DNA of 37,129 nucleotides from a virus (lineage: Duplodnaviria > Heunggongvirae > Uroviricota > Caudoviricetes). Under the pieces are notes generated by a model. That model was given only the letters and a program-made list of their open reading frames with translations, searched no databases and was not told the origin of the DNA. The stretch covers positions 1-37,129 of IMG/VR virus record IMGVR_UViG_2872174743_000010; one strand, given 5' to 3'. Positions 8,599 through 16,410 of the stretch are shown here, piece after piece. Both the position numbers and the translations under genes were made by a program. Position 1 is the first letter of the stretch, and the number at the start of each line of letters is the position of its first letter.

Positions 8599-8977
8599 AA
8601 AAAGAACAAATGGTAGTGTCCGCTATTGCCAGTACACCTCAGGCAGACCATCAGTCATACCGGGATTAAAAAATGGCTGTGGAGAATCAGAAAAATTCTC
8701 CAGCAAAAAGGTGACCCGGATTTAATACAATGTGATTACCATCTCTGCAATAAACAGTTTTTACCTGAAAAAGCTTTTACTGGCGAGCTTATTTATATGC
8801 ATGGAAACATGATTGCCAGAAAGAAACGAAAATATTGCGGTGCAGCTTGTGCCGAAAAAGACAAGATGGCACACGAACTTTAATTAACTGAATATTCGAA
8901 ACTGAATTTATGCCAGCAATGGGGTAATGCTGCCAACTTACTGATTTAGTGTATGATGGTGATTTTAAGGTGCTTGC

Positions 8978-9253
8978 GTGGCTTCCATTTCCATCAGATG
9001 TCCTTCCTGCTCCGCTACTGAAGGCGTGGTGCGTAACGGCAAAAGCACTGCCGGACATCAGCGCTATCTCTGCTCTCATTGCCGTAAAACATGGCAACTA
9101 CAGTTCACTTACACCGCCTCTCAGCCCGGTACGCACCAGAAAATCATTGATATGGCCATGAATGGCGTCGGATGTCGCGCCAGTGCACGCATTATGGGCG
9201 TTGACCTCAACACGGTTTTCCGTCACTTAAAAAACTCAGGCCGCAGTCGGTAA
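8978..9253 (+). CDS. insA: IS1 InsA
   Basis: [43 protein letters not shown]... Confidence 0.9.
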   Translation: MASISIRCPSCSATEGVVRNGKSTAGHQRYLCSHCRKTWQLQFTYTASQPGTHQKIIDMAMNGVGCRASARIMGVDLNTVFRHLKNSGRSR

Positions 9254-9279
9254 CCTCGCGCATACAACCGGGCAGTGAT

Positions 9280-9571
9280 GTGATTGTCTGCGCTGAAATG
9301 GACGAACAGTGGGGCTACGTCGGTGCTAAATCACGTCAGCGCTGGCTGTTTTACGCGTATGACAGGATACGGAGGACGGTTGTGGCGCACGTCTTCGGTG
9401 AACGCACTCTGGCCACACTGGAGCGTCTTCTGAGCCTGCTGTCGGCCTTTGAGGTCGTGGTATGGATGACGGATGGCTGGCCGCTGTATGAATCACGCCT
9501 GAAGGGAAAGCTGCACGTTATCAGCAAGCGTTACACTCAGCGCATTGAGCGACATAATCTGAATCTGAGAC
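9280..9571 (+). pseudogene. insB: IS1 InsB, 3'-truncated by the IS66-family insertion
   Basis: InsB frame reads ...[14 protein letters not shown] and then continues into IS66 DNA (RKRTA, stop), whereas the intact copy at 25340-25843 continues [13 protein letters not shown]... Confidence 0.75.
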
Positions 9572-9642
9572 GTAAGCGTACAGCCTGAACCGTCTGGTCA
9601 GAATCTGACGAATTAGACAAAGTGGTGTCCACCAAATAAGTA

Positions 9643-10044
9643 GTGGGAACCAAAGTGTCAGATATGCAGAAAAATGTGAATCCCGGCAGGCGAAAAGGCT
9701 GCCCTAATTATCCTCCCGAATTTAAACAGCAGCTCGTTGCTGCCTCCTGTGAACCCGGGATATCCATCTCAAAACTTGCTCTTGAAAATGGCATTAACGC
9801 CAATCTGTTGTTCAAATGGCGACAACAATGGCGCGAGGGAAAGCTGCTATTACCTTCTTCAGAGAGCCCCCAGCTACTTCCTGTGACTCTCGATGCAGCT
9901 GCCGAACAGCCAGAATCGCTCGCAGAGGATCCGGAAACCCTCAGTATCAGCTGTGAGGTAACGTTCCGGCACGGGACGCTCCGCTTCAATGGCAATGTCA
10001 GCGAAAAGCTCCTGACTCTGCTGATACAGGAACTGAAGCGATGA
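9643..10044 (+). CDS. tnpA: IS66-family TnpA (copy 2)
   Basis: ...PEFKQQLVAASCEPGISISKLALENGINANLLFKWRQQWREG...; start uncertain (GTG at 9643 or ATG at 9664). Confidence 0.8.
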   Translation: MGTKVSDMQKNVNPGRRKGCPNYPPEFKQQLVAASCEPGISISKLALENGINANLLFKWRQQWREGKLLLPSSESPQLLPVTLDAAAEQPESLAEDPETLSISCEVTFRHGTLRFNGNVSEKLLTLLIQELKR

Positions 10045-10388
10045 TCCCGTTACCTTCCGGGACCAAAATTTGGCTGGTTGCCGGTATCACCGATATGAGA
10101 AATGGCTTCAACGGCCTGGCGGCAAAGGTGCAGACGACGCTGAAAGACGATCCGATGTCAGGTCACGTTTTTATCTTCCGTGGGCGTAATGGCAGTCAGG
10201 TAAAGCTCCTCTGGTCTACCGGCGATGGACTGTGTCTGCTGACCAAACGGCTGGAGCGCGGCCGCTTCGCCTGGCCGTCAGCCCGGGATGGCAAAGTGTT
10301 CCTCACACCGGCACAGCTGGCGATGCTCCTTGAAGGTATCGACTGGCGGCAGCCTAAAAGACTGCTTACGTCCCTGACTATGTTGTAA
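10041..10388 (+). CDS. tnpB: IS66-family TnpB (copy 2)
   Basis: MIPLPSGTKIWLVAGITDMRNGFNGLAAKV...; ATG overlaps the tnpA stop (ATGA). Confidence 0.85.
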   Translation: MIPLPSGTKIWLVAGITDMRNGFNGLAAKVQTTLKDDPMSGHVFIFRGRNGSQVKLLWSTGDGLCLLTKRLERGRFAWPSARDGKVFLTPAQLAMLLEGIDWRQPKRLLTSLTML

Positions 10389-10436
10389 GCCTCTTTATCC
10401 TGGTCGACGCTGAATGAGCCTGGTAATATACCCGGT

Positions 10437-11975
10437 ATGAGCAGCTCACTTCCTGACGATATCAATGCACTGAAACGTCTCCTTGCCGAACAGGAGGCGC
10501 TGAACCGTGCCCTGCTGGAAAAGCTGAACGAGCGTGAACGCGAAATAGACCATCTGCAGGCACAGCTGGATAAGCTGCGCCGGATGAACTTCGGCAGCCG
10601 CTCCGAAAAAGTCTCCCGTCGTATCGCACAGATGGAAGCTGACCTGAAGGCACTTCAGAAAGAAAGTGATACCCTTACCGGTCGGGTTGACGACCCGGCC
10701 GTGCAGCGCCCGCTGCGTCAAACCCGCACCCGCAAACCGTTCCCCGAATCACTCCCCCGCGATGAAAAACGGCTGCTGCCGGCAGCGTCATGCTGCCCGG
10801 AATGTGGAGGCTCACTGAGCTATCCGGGTGAGGATGCCGCCGAACAGCTGGAGTTGATGCGCAGCGTCTTCCGGGTTATCCGGACTGTACGTGAAAAGCA
10901 TGCCTGTACTCAGTGCGATGCCATCGTGCAGGCCCCCGCGCCTTCACGGCCCATCGAGCGGGGTATCGCAGGACCGGGGCTGCTGGCCCGCGTGCTGATC
11001 TCAAAGTATGCAGAGCACACCCCGCTGTACCGTCAGTCTGAAATGTACGGCCGCCAGGGCGTGGAGCTGAGTCGTTCACTGCTGTCGGGCTGGGTGGATG
11101 CATGCTGCCGGCTACTGTCACCGCTGGAAGAAGCGCTTCAGGATTATGTGCTGACTGACGGTAAGCTCCATGCTGATGACACGCCTGTCCCGGTGCTGTT
11201 GCCAGGCAATAAGAAAACGAAGACCGGGCGGTTATGGACCTACGTTCGTGACGACCGTAACGCCGGGTCAACGCTGGCGCCGGCGGTGTGGTTCGCTTAC
11301 AGCCCGGACAGAAAAGGCATCCATCCGCAGACCCATCTTGCGGGGTTCAGTGGTGTACTGCAGGCGGATGCATACGCCGGGTTCAACGAGCTGTACCGGG
11401 ATGGCCGGATAACGGAAGCCGCCTGTTGGGCTCACGCCCGCCGTAAAATCCACGATGTGCACGTTCGCACCCCGTCAGCCCTGACGGAGGAAGCGCTGAA
11501 ACGGATCGGCGAACTGTACGCCATCGAGGCAGAGATAAGGGGAATGACGGCGGAGCAGCGCCTTGCCGAACGTCAGTTGAAAACGAAACCGCTGCTGAAA
11601 TCCCTGGAAAGCTGGCTGCGTGAAAAGATGAAAACCCTGTCGCGACACTCAGAACTGGCGAAAGCGTTCGCATACGCCCTGAACCAGTGGCCGGCGCTGA
11701 CGTACTATGCAGATGATGGCTGGGCTGAGGCGGACAATAACATCGCTGAAAATGCGTTGCGGATGGTCAGTCTGGGCCGCAAAAACTACCTGTTCTTCGG
11801 TTCGGATCATGGAGGAGAGCGGGGAGCGCTGCTGTACAGCCTGATCGGGACGTGCAAACTGAACGGAGTGGAGCCAGAAAGCTACCTCCGCTATGTACTT
11901 GACGTCATAGCCGACTGGCCGATAAACCGGGTCGGCGAACTGCTCCCCTGGCGCGTAGCACTGCCGACTGAATAA
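10437..11975 (+). CDS. tnpC: IS66-family transposase TnpC (copy 2)
   Basis: 512 aa with the same motif set as copy 1 ([48 protein letters not shown]), but clearly diverged from it. Confidence 0.9.
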   Translation: MSSSLPDDINALKRLLAEQEALNRALLEKLNEREREIDHLQAQLDKLRRMNFGSRSEKVSRRIAQMEADLKALQKESDTLTGRVDDPAVQRPLRQTRTRKPFPESLPRDEKRLLPAASCCPECGGSLSYPGEDAAEQLELMRSVFRVIRTVREKHACTQCDAIVQAPAPSRPIERGIAGPGLLARVLISKYAEHTPLYRQSEMYGRQGVELSRSLLSGWVDACCRLLSPLEEALQDYVLTDGKLHADDTPVPVLLPGNKKTKTGRLWTYVRDDRNAGSTLAPAVWFAYSPDRKGIHPQTHLAGFSGVLQADAYAGFNELYRDGRITEAACWAHARRKIHDVHVRTPSALTEEALKRIGELYAIEAEIRGMTAEQRLAERQLKTKPLLKSLESWLREKMKTLSRHSELAKAFAYALNQWPALTYYADDGWAEADNNIAENALRMVSLGRKNYLFFGSDHGGERGALLYSLIGTCKLNGVEPESYLRYVLDVIADWPINRVGELLPWRVALPTE

Positions 11976-12012
11976 CACATCCCCGTCAATACGGTTCTTG
12001 CTGCACGCTTAC

Positions 12013-12910
12013 CATTGACGGGCGTGGTCTGGCTGGCGAGATCAGCAAGGAAACGGGTAAATCCCTGCGTGATAACGCTGAATACGTTAATCCCTGGGCG
12101 TCTCTGCATCGTGTTCAGCAATTCCGCTTCTTTGGTATTCCAGGGCGTCAGGCTTACCGTGAACTGCGGTTGTTGGCTGGTCAGGCGGCAAGGCAGCAGG
12201 GTGACAAAAAAGCAGGTGCGCCGGTACTGGATAACCCGCGCCTTGATGCCATCCTGGCTGCTGCTGATGCTGGCTGTTTTGCCACCTACATTATGAGGCA
12301 GGGCGGCGTGCTGGTTCCTCGCAAATATCACTTGATCAGAACCGCTTATGAAATCAATGAAGAGCCGACCGCCTATGGCGATCACGGTATTCGTATTTAT
12401 GGCATCTGGTCACCCATTGCAGAAGGCAAGATCTGCACTCATGCAGTGAAGTGGAAAATGGTTCGTAAAGCCGTTGACGTTCAGGAGGCGGCAGCCGACC
12501 AGGGCGCTTGCGCCCCTTGGACTCGTGGCAATAACTGTCCCCTTGCTGAAAATTTGAACCAACAGGAGAAAGATAAATCAGCTGATGGGAACCCCAGAAC
12601 GGACATTACCAGCATGGATGACAAGGAGTTGCACGATTACCTGCACAGTATGAGCAAAAAAGAGCGCCGGGAACTGGCAGCAAGGTTACGCCTGGTGAAA
12701 CCGAAACGGCGTAAAGACTACAAACAGCGAATTACAGACCATCAGCGACTGCAGCTCGTGTATGAGCTGAAGTCCAGAGGATTTGATGGCAGCGAGAAAG
12801 AGGTCGATTTACTCCTTCGCGGAGGCAGTATTCCGTCAGGAGCAGGCCTGCGTATCTTCTATCGGAACCAGCGTTTGCAGGAAGATGATCAGTGGCGGAA
12901 CCTGTATTAA
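12013..12910 (+). pseudogene. Phage replication protein fragment (P2 gpA-like C-terminal part), 5'-truncated by IS66 copy 2
   Basis: The reading frame is open from the first base after the IS66 end with no start codon ([17 protein letters not shown]...[13 protein letters not shown]... to stop at 12910); position and orientation fit the end of the P2/186 early operon. Identity to gpA is by context, not by recognised motif. Confidence 0.4.
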
Positions 12911-13002
12911 TTACGCGGGTTAACAATTCGTGCTCTTAATAATACCAGGCATATCAGGCTGATGAACGTAAAAAAACGTTTTACATCAGTAAGATTATCA
13001 TA

Positions 13003-13022
13003 TACTGTAAATATAAACAGTG
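13003..13022 (+). promoter_or_regulatory. LexA (SOS) box overlapping a -10-like hexamer
   Basis: TACTGTAAATATAAACAGTG is CTGT-N8-ACAG with an AT-rich spacer, a near-consensus LexA operator; TATACT immediately overlaps it; about 40 nt upstream of the first gene of the pair. Confidence 0.6.
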
Positions 13023-13063
13023 GTTATGCATGCAGTATTGCGTGTGGTGTCATAGGAGGAAAG

Positions 13064-13252
13064 ATGCAGGACTATTTTTTGGAGTCTTTGAAGCTCCAGC
13101 GCATTGATTTTTTTCTTAAGCTTGTAGCGGCTAGTGAGTGTAGTGATGAAGAGAAGGGGCTGGCTCTGCAGTGGGTTTCTGAATTGACTGATGAACTCAT
13201 GGCAAAAATCAGAACCCACGAATACAACCGCTCAATGGATGTCATCAGCTGA
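13064..13252 (+). CDS. Small protein, first gene of the LexA-controlled pair (possible Tum-like antirepressor part)
   Basis: 62 aa from the Met preceded by AGGAGG: MQDYFLESLKLQRIDFFLKLVAASECSDEEKGLALQWVSELTDELMAKIRTHEYNRSMDVIS; no motif recognised. Confidence 0.45.
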   Translation: MQDYFLESLKLQRIDFFLKLVAASECSDEEKGLALQWVSELTDELMAKIRTHEYNRSMDVIS

Positions 13253-13262
13253 GGTGACTTTT

Positions 13263-13496
13263 ATGCGCATTGAAATAATGATCGATAAAGAGCAGAAGAT
13301 TAGCCAGTCTACCCTGGACGCTCTTGAATCCGAGCTTTACCGCAATCTGCGCCCTCTGTATCCCAAAACGGTAATTCGTATCCGCAAAGGTAGCTCTAAC
13401 GGTGTGGAACTTACCGGATTGCAACTGGACGAAGAAAGAAAACAAGTGATGAAAATTATGCAGAAGGTGTGGGAAGACGACAGCTGGCTGCATTAA
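13263..13496 (+). CDS. DinI-like protein
   Basis: MRIEIMIDKEQKISQSTLDALESELYRNLRPLYPKTVIRIRKGSSNGVELTGLQLDEERKQVMKIMQKVWEDDSWLH, with the DinI pattern (MRIE..., ...WEDD.W); GAGGTGA upstream. Confidence 0.75.
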   Translation: MRIEIMIDKEQKISQSTLDALESELYRNLRPLYPKTVIRIRKGSSNGVELTGLQLDEERKQVMKIMQKVWEDDSWLH

Positions 13497-13631
13497 GAAA
13501 CGTTGCTGGCGTCTGAACTAGCTTCTGGCGTCAGCAAGGTTGAACAACGAGCCCTTGCGAGGCGTTAGCTCTGTAGTGCATGTCTATGCCGCATGAGATC
13601 GCATGATCGTTTGAGGATCGTTTTTGCTAAG

Positions 13632-13656
13632 GCCCGCCAGAACTGGCGGGCTTTTG
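13632..13656 (+). terminator. Intrinsic terminator candidate after the DinI-like gene
   Basis: GCCCGCCAG-AA-CTGGCGGGC followed by TTTTGCG. Confidence 0.5.
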
Positions 13657-13700
13657 CGTAGATCATGCAGGTGCATGAAAACCACTACATAAAGCGGGCA

Positions 13701-13719
13701 GGCGTGGCGGGGATACGAT
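13701..13719. other. cos-like site (19 nt)
   Basis: GGCGTGGCGGGGATACGAT; the first 13 nt and last 2 match the cohesive-end sequence of 186 as remembered (GGCGTGGCGGGGAAAGCAT), about 16 of 19; lies between the early and late blocks. Confidence 0.35.
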
Positions 13720-13788
13720 TGCGCGCTAGGTATAAGTGTGTAAAATAATTCCAAAATAAATCATCACTAATGAAGTGAGAGGGTAATA

Positions 13789-15438
13789 ATGTTAGTCAAG
13801 AAAAATAAAAATTATAGTTTATATTTTTTAATTACAAATAATCAACAGATATCTGATTCTGGTAATTATATAAAAATAGTCCCATCAAGAAGCGATTGGA
13901 ATGATTTTGGATATTTGAGTAGAGTCGAAATATCTATTTTTAATAAAAAAGAGTGTAAGGATATAATTTCACTGAATGGTTATATTGGTTTTTTGAATTC
14001 AGAGGAGGAACGAAATGGAAAAGCAGAACTGATAAGGCGAGTGAAAAAAAAGGAAGAATCTAATTTAAAGGATGAGGGGTTTAATGATTATTTTGTCATG
14101 CTTCAGGATATGAATAATTATCGAAGACTAGTAAGATTTTTTGGGGTGAATGAATCCAAATATATATTAAATTTCATTAATGATGTTGTTTCTAAGAAAA
14201 GTGACGCTAGTGCAGAGAATTTGAGGAAAAAAGCAATCTCTTCTGATATCTTTAATAAATCTTTCATTAGAGAGTCTGAGTCGTATTTTACTTTCAAAAA
14301 TGCAGGAACAGTTCTTTCCGGTATTCAATATGAGGAGTTGGGTAATTTATCACAGCACATCAAGATTAGCTATTCGAATAAAGTTAATGAAGAAGATGTA
14401 TCTTATGTTTTTAATTTTGATCACGAGCATGATTTACCAAAAAGAATTTCCATAATTATAGGCGAGAATGGTGTAGGAAAAAGCCAAACGCTTAGAGAAA
14501 TCGCATTGGCTGCGATTAAAGGAAAGGATAATTTGGTGGCTGTAGTTGATTCTAACGGTGTGAGCATTGAAGAACGAATTCAAATTAGTAGGCTCATTGC
14601 TTTTTCTCCAACAAATGAAAGTAAGTGTTCATTTCCAACCGATAAAAGAATAAAATCATTGATATGGTACAAAAGATTGACTTTAAATCGTGAATCAAAA
14701 TCCAAATTAAACTTGAATGATTTAATAGTGCAACTAGCGAGGAGTAACGACGCTATCGGCTATAATCAAAGGTGGAATATATTTGTTGATGCACTGAGTG
14801 TTCTAAATAGTAACAACGATTTAGTAATCAAATGTGGCGGTGAAAATTCACCATTTGTTAAATTAAATGAGCTTAATTCTCGAGGCGAAGAATCTAGACT
14901 ATCATTATATTCTGAAATTATTCTCTCTGGCGAGCCTTTGAGGCTTATTGAAAATAAATGTTACCCTTTGAGTAGTGGGGAAATATCGTTTATTAAGTTT
15001 TGTGTACAAGTTTGTTTGTATATTGAGAATGGGACTCTTCTATTAATAGATGAGCCAGAAACACATCTCCATCCTTCATTTATTAATAAATTTATGGCAT
15101 TGCTTGATAATTTATTAGAAAAGACAGGCTCTTCAGCTATCATAGCAACGCATTCGGTTTATCTTGTTCGGGAGGTTTTTAAGGAGCAAGTGACAATACT
15201 CAGAAGACGAGATGATGGGGTAATTGTTAGCGAAAAACCGAGATTGAGTACTTTTGGGGCGAATATAGGAAATATCTCATATTTTGTTTTCGGTGAGAGT
15301 GAACCAACTCAAATTTTAAATAAAGTAAAAAACAATATAATTGCAAAGAATATGTCTTGGGATGATGTTGAATCTAAATATAGCGAGGACTTATCACTTA
15401 ATGTATTAACTGCGTTGAGAAATGAAATGGGCAATTGA
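13789..15438 (+). CDS. ABC-type ATPase (AAA_21/AAA_15-like), Septu PtuA-like, with a ~215 aa N-terminal extension
   Basis: 549 aa; Walker A GENGVGKS (aa 225-232, nt 14461-14484), signature-like YPLSSGE (about aa 393-399), Walker B LLLIDEPE (aa 417-424), H-loop-like IIATHS (about aa 451-456); very AT-rich; GAGAGGG RBS. Confidence 0.7.
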   Translation: MLVKKNKNYSLYFLITNNQQISDSGNYIKIVPSRSDWNDFGYLSRVEISIFNKKECKDIISLNGYIGFLNSEEERNGKAELIRRVKKKEESNLKDEGFNDYFVMLQDMNNYRRLVRFFGVNESKYILNFINDVVSKKSDASAENLRKKAISSDIFNKSFIRESESYFTFKNAGTVLSGIQYEELGNLSQHIKISYSNKVNEEDVSYVFNFDHEHDLPKRISIIIGENGVGKSQTLREIALAAIKGKDNLVAVVDSNGVSIEERIQISRLIAFSPTNESKCSFPTDKRIKSLIWYKRLTLNRESKSKLNLNDLIVQLARSNDAIGYNQRWNIFVDALSVLNSNNDLVIKCGGENSPFVKLNELNSRGEESRLSLYSEIILSGEPLRLIENKCYPLSSGEISFIKFCVQVCLYIENGTLLLIDEPETHLHPSFINKFMALLDNLLEKTGSSAIIATHSVYLVREVFKEQVTILRRRDDGVIVSEKPRLSTFGANIGNISYFVFGESEPTQILNKVKNNIIAKNMSWDDVESKYSEDLSLNVLTALRNEMGN

Positions 15439-16303
15439 AATGAATAAATTAAAAAGACCTGTTTTTAAAGATTATTCTGCATTTAAAAAACTATCTGCAA
15501 ATAAGAGATTAAAACATCATTCTGTTCTGAATGGACAGGATACATTTATACTTAATGCATATAGATCGTACATAAAGAATAAAGGGTATCTTAATGTCAA
15601 TTCTTGTGGCGTATTGAGTAACAATATTGCTGAAGCTTTGAGATATTATTATAACAATCCCGCAAAGTGTTTATCTATAATTGATGATATAAGAGCAGCT
15701 AATTCTAACTCTCTATGTCCAATGTGTGGTTCAATGCATAGCGGGACTTTGGATCATGTTTTACCCAAGGAAAACTATCCAGAATTTTCTTTATTCACTA
15801 AGAATTTGGTTCCTGCTTGCAAATGTAATACTTTCAAAAGTACTACTATAGCTAATTCTGCAGGCCATCGGATGCTGCATCCATATTTTGATAATATATT
15901 AAAACAAAGATTAATATGTGCTAATTTTTCTAAATTAGGGCGAACACCTACAATTGATGTAAAAATCATAATTGACCCAATGTCACCAGAATATAACAAT
16001 GTTAAGTATCATCTTGATAATGTTGTTATCAAGAATAATATTAAGGGGTATTTGTCTGAACAATGGGAGTCGTTTTACTTATATCCTGAGCTTGTTATTA
16101 GAGGACTGAATAAGAGTCTTTCTACTTATAGCGATGTATATGAGTTGTTGACTCGCGAGTTGTTGCTGTTGGATGAAAAACATAAAGGTAAAAATAATTG
16201 GAATTCGGTTTTTGTAGCTGGGTTAATTCGACCTGATGTGATTAGGTGGATACTCTGTGAATTACATTTAGGTAACAGAAGTCCAGACGGTCGTCTCATA
16301 TGA
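15422..16303 (+). CDS. HNH endonuclease, Septu PtuB-like
   Basis: 293 aa; HNH core CPMCGSMHSGTLDHVLPKENYPEFSLFTKNLVPACKCN (aa 99-136); start overlaps the upstream stop by 17 nt (a second in-frame ATG sits 1 nt after the stop). Confidence 0.7.
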   Translation: MKWAIEMNKLKRPVFKDYSAFKKLSANKRLKHHSVLNGQDTFILNAYRSYIKNKGYLNVNSCGVLSNNIAEALRYYYNNPAKCLSIIDDIRAANSNSLCPMCGSMHSGTLDHVLPKENYPEFSLFTKNLVPACKCNTFKSTTIANSAGHRMLHPYFDNILKQRLICANFSKLGRTPTIDVKIIIDPMSPEYNNVKYHLDNVVIKNNIKGYLSEQWESFYLYPELVIRGLNKSLSTYSDVYELLTRELLLLDEKHKGKNNWNSVFVAGLIRPDVIRWILCELHLGNRSPDGRLI

Positions 16304-16410
16304 TTTTTTGCATCTTCAGCGTGTATCTGCACGCTGAAGAAATTCATAAAAACTGCTGCCTATTAATAAATTTTTTTAGCTGAGTTAAAGAACCTCATTT
16401 AGTGATTACG

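Larger units (their letters stand above)
3343..8641 (+). mobile_element. IS600 (IS3 family), split by a nested IS66-family insertion
   Basis: Left end TGAGGTAGCCTGAGTTTAACGGACAC 64 nt upstream of OrfA; right end ...GTAGTGTCCGCTATTGCCAGTACACCTCA about 43 nt after the OrfB stop; OrfA and OrfB are separated by 4 kb of foreign IS DNA. Confidence 0.75.
8923..9571 (+). mobile_element. IS1 copy, truncated at its right side by IS66-family copy 2
   Basis: Starts GGTAATGCTGCCAACTTACTGATTTAGTGTATGATGGTG (IS1 left inverted repeat) 55 nt upstream of insA; IS1 sequence stops at ...TCTGAGAC, where GTAAGCG of IS66 begins. Confidence 0.85.
9572..12012 (+). mobile_element. IS66-family element, copy 2 (diverged from copy 1)
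   Basis: Ends GTAAGCGTACAGCCTGAACCG and reverse complement GTAAGCGTGCAGCAAGAACCG (about 18 of 21 matching); carries tnpA, tnpB and tnpC; no matching 8-bp direct repeat on its flanks. Confidence 0.8.

Noticed and set aside
13789-16303. ATPase-nuclease pair as an OLD-family, Gabija or PARIS system
   Set aside because: Those pair the ATPase with a TOPRIM nuclease or helicase; here the nuclease is a separate HNH protein and no TOPRIM motif was seen, so Septu-like is the closer architecture.
16304-16410. Hairpin CTTCAGCGTG-TATCTG-CACGCTGAAG after the HNH gene as a terminator
   Set aside because: No U-run follows on either strand, so it is not a canonical intrinsic terminator; left as an unexplained hairpin.
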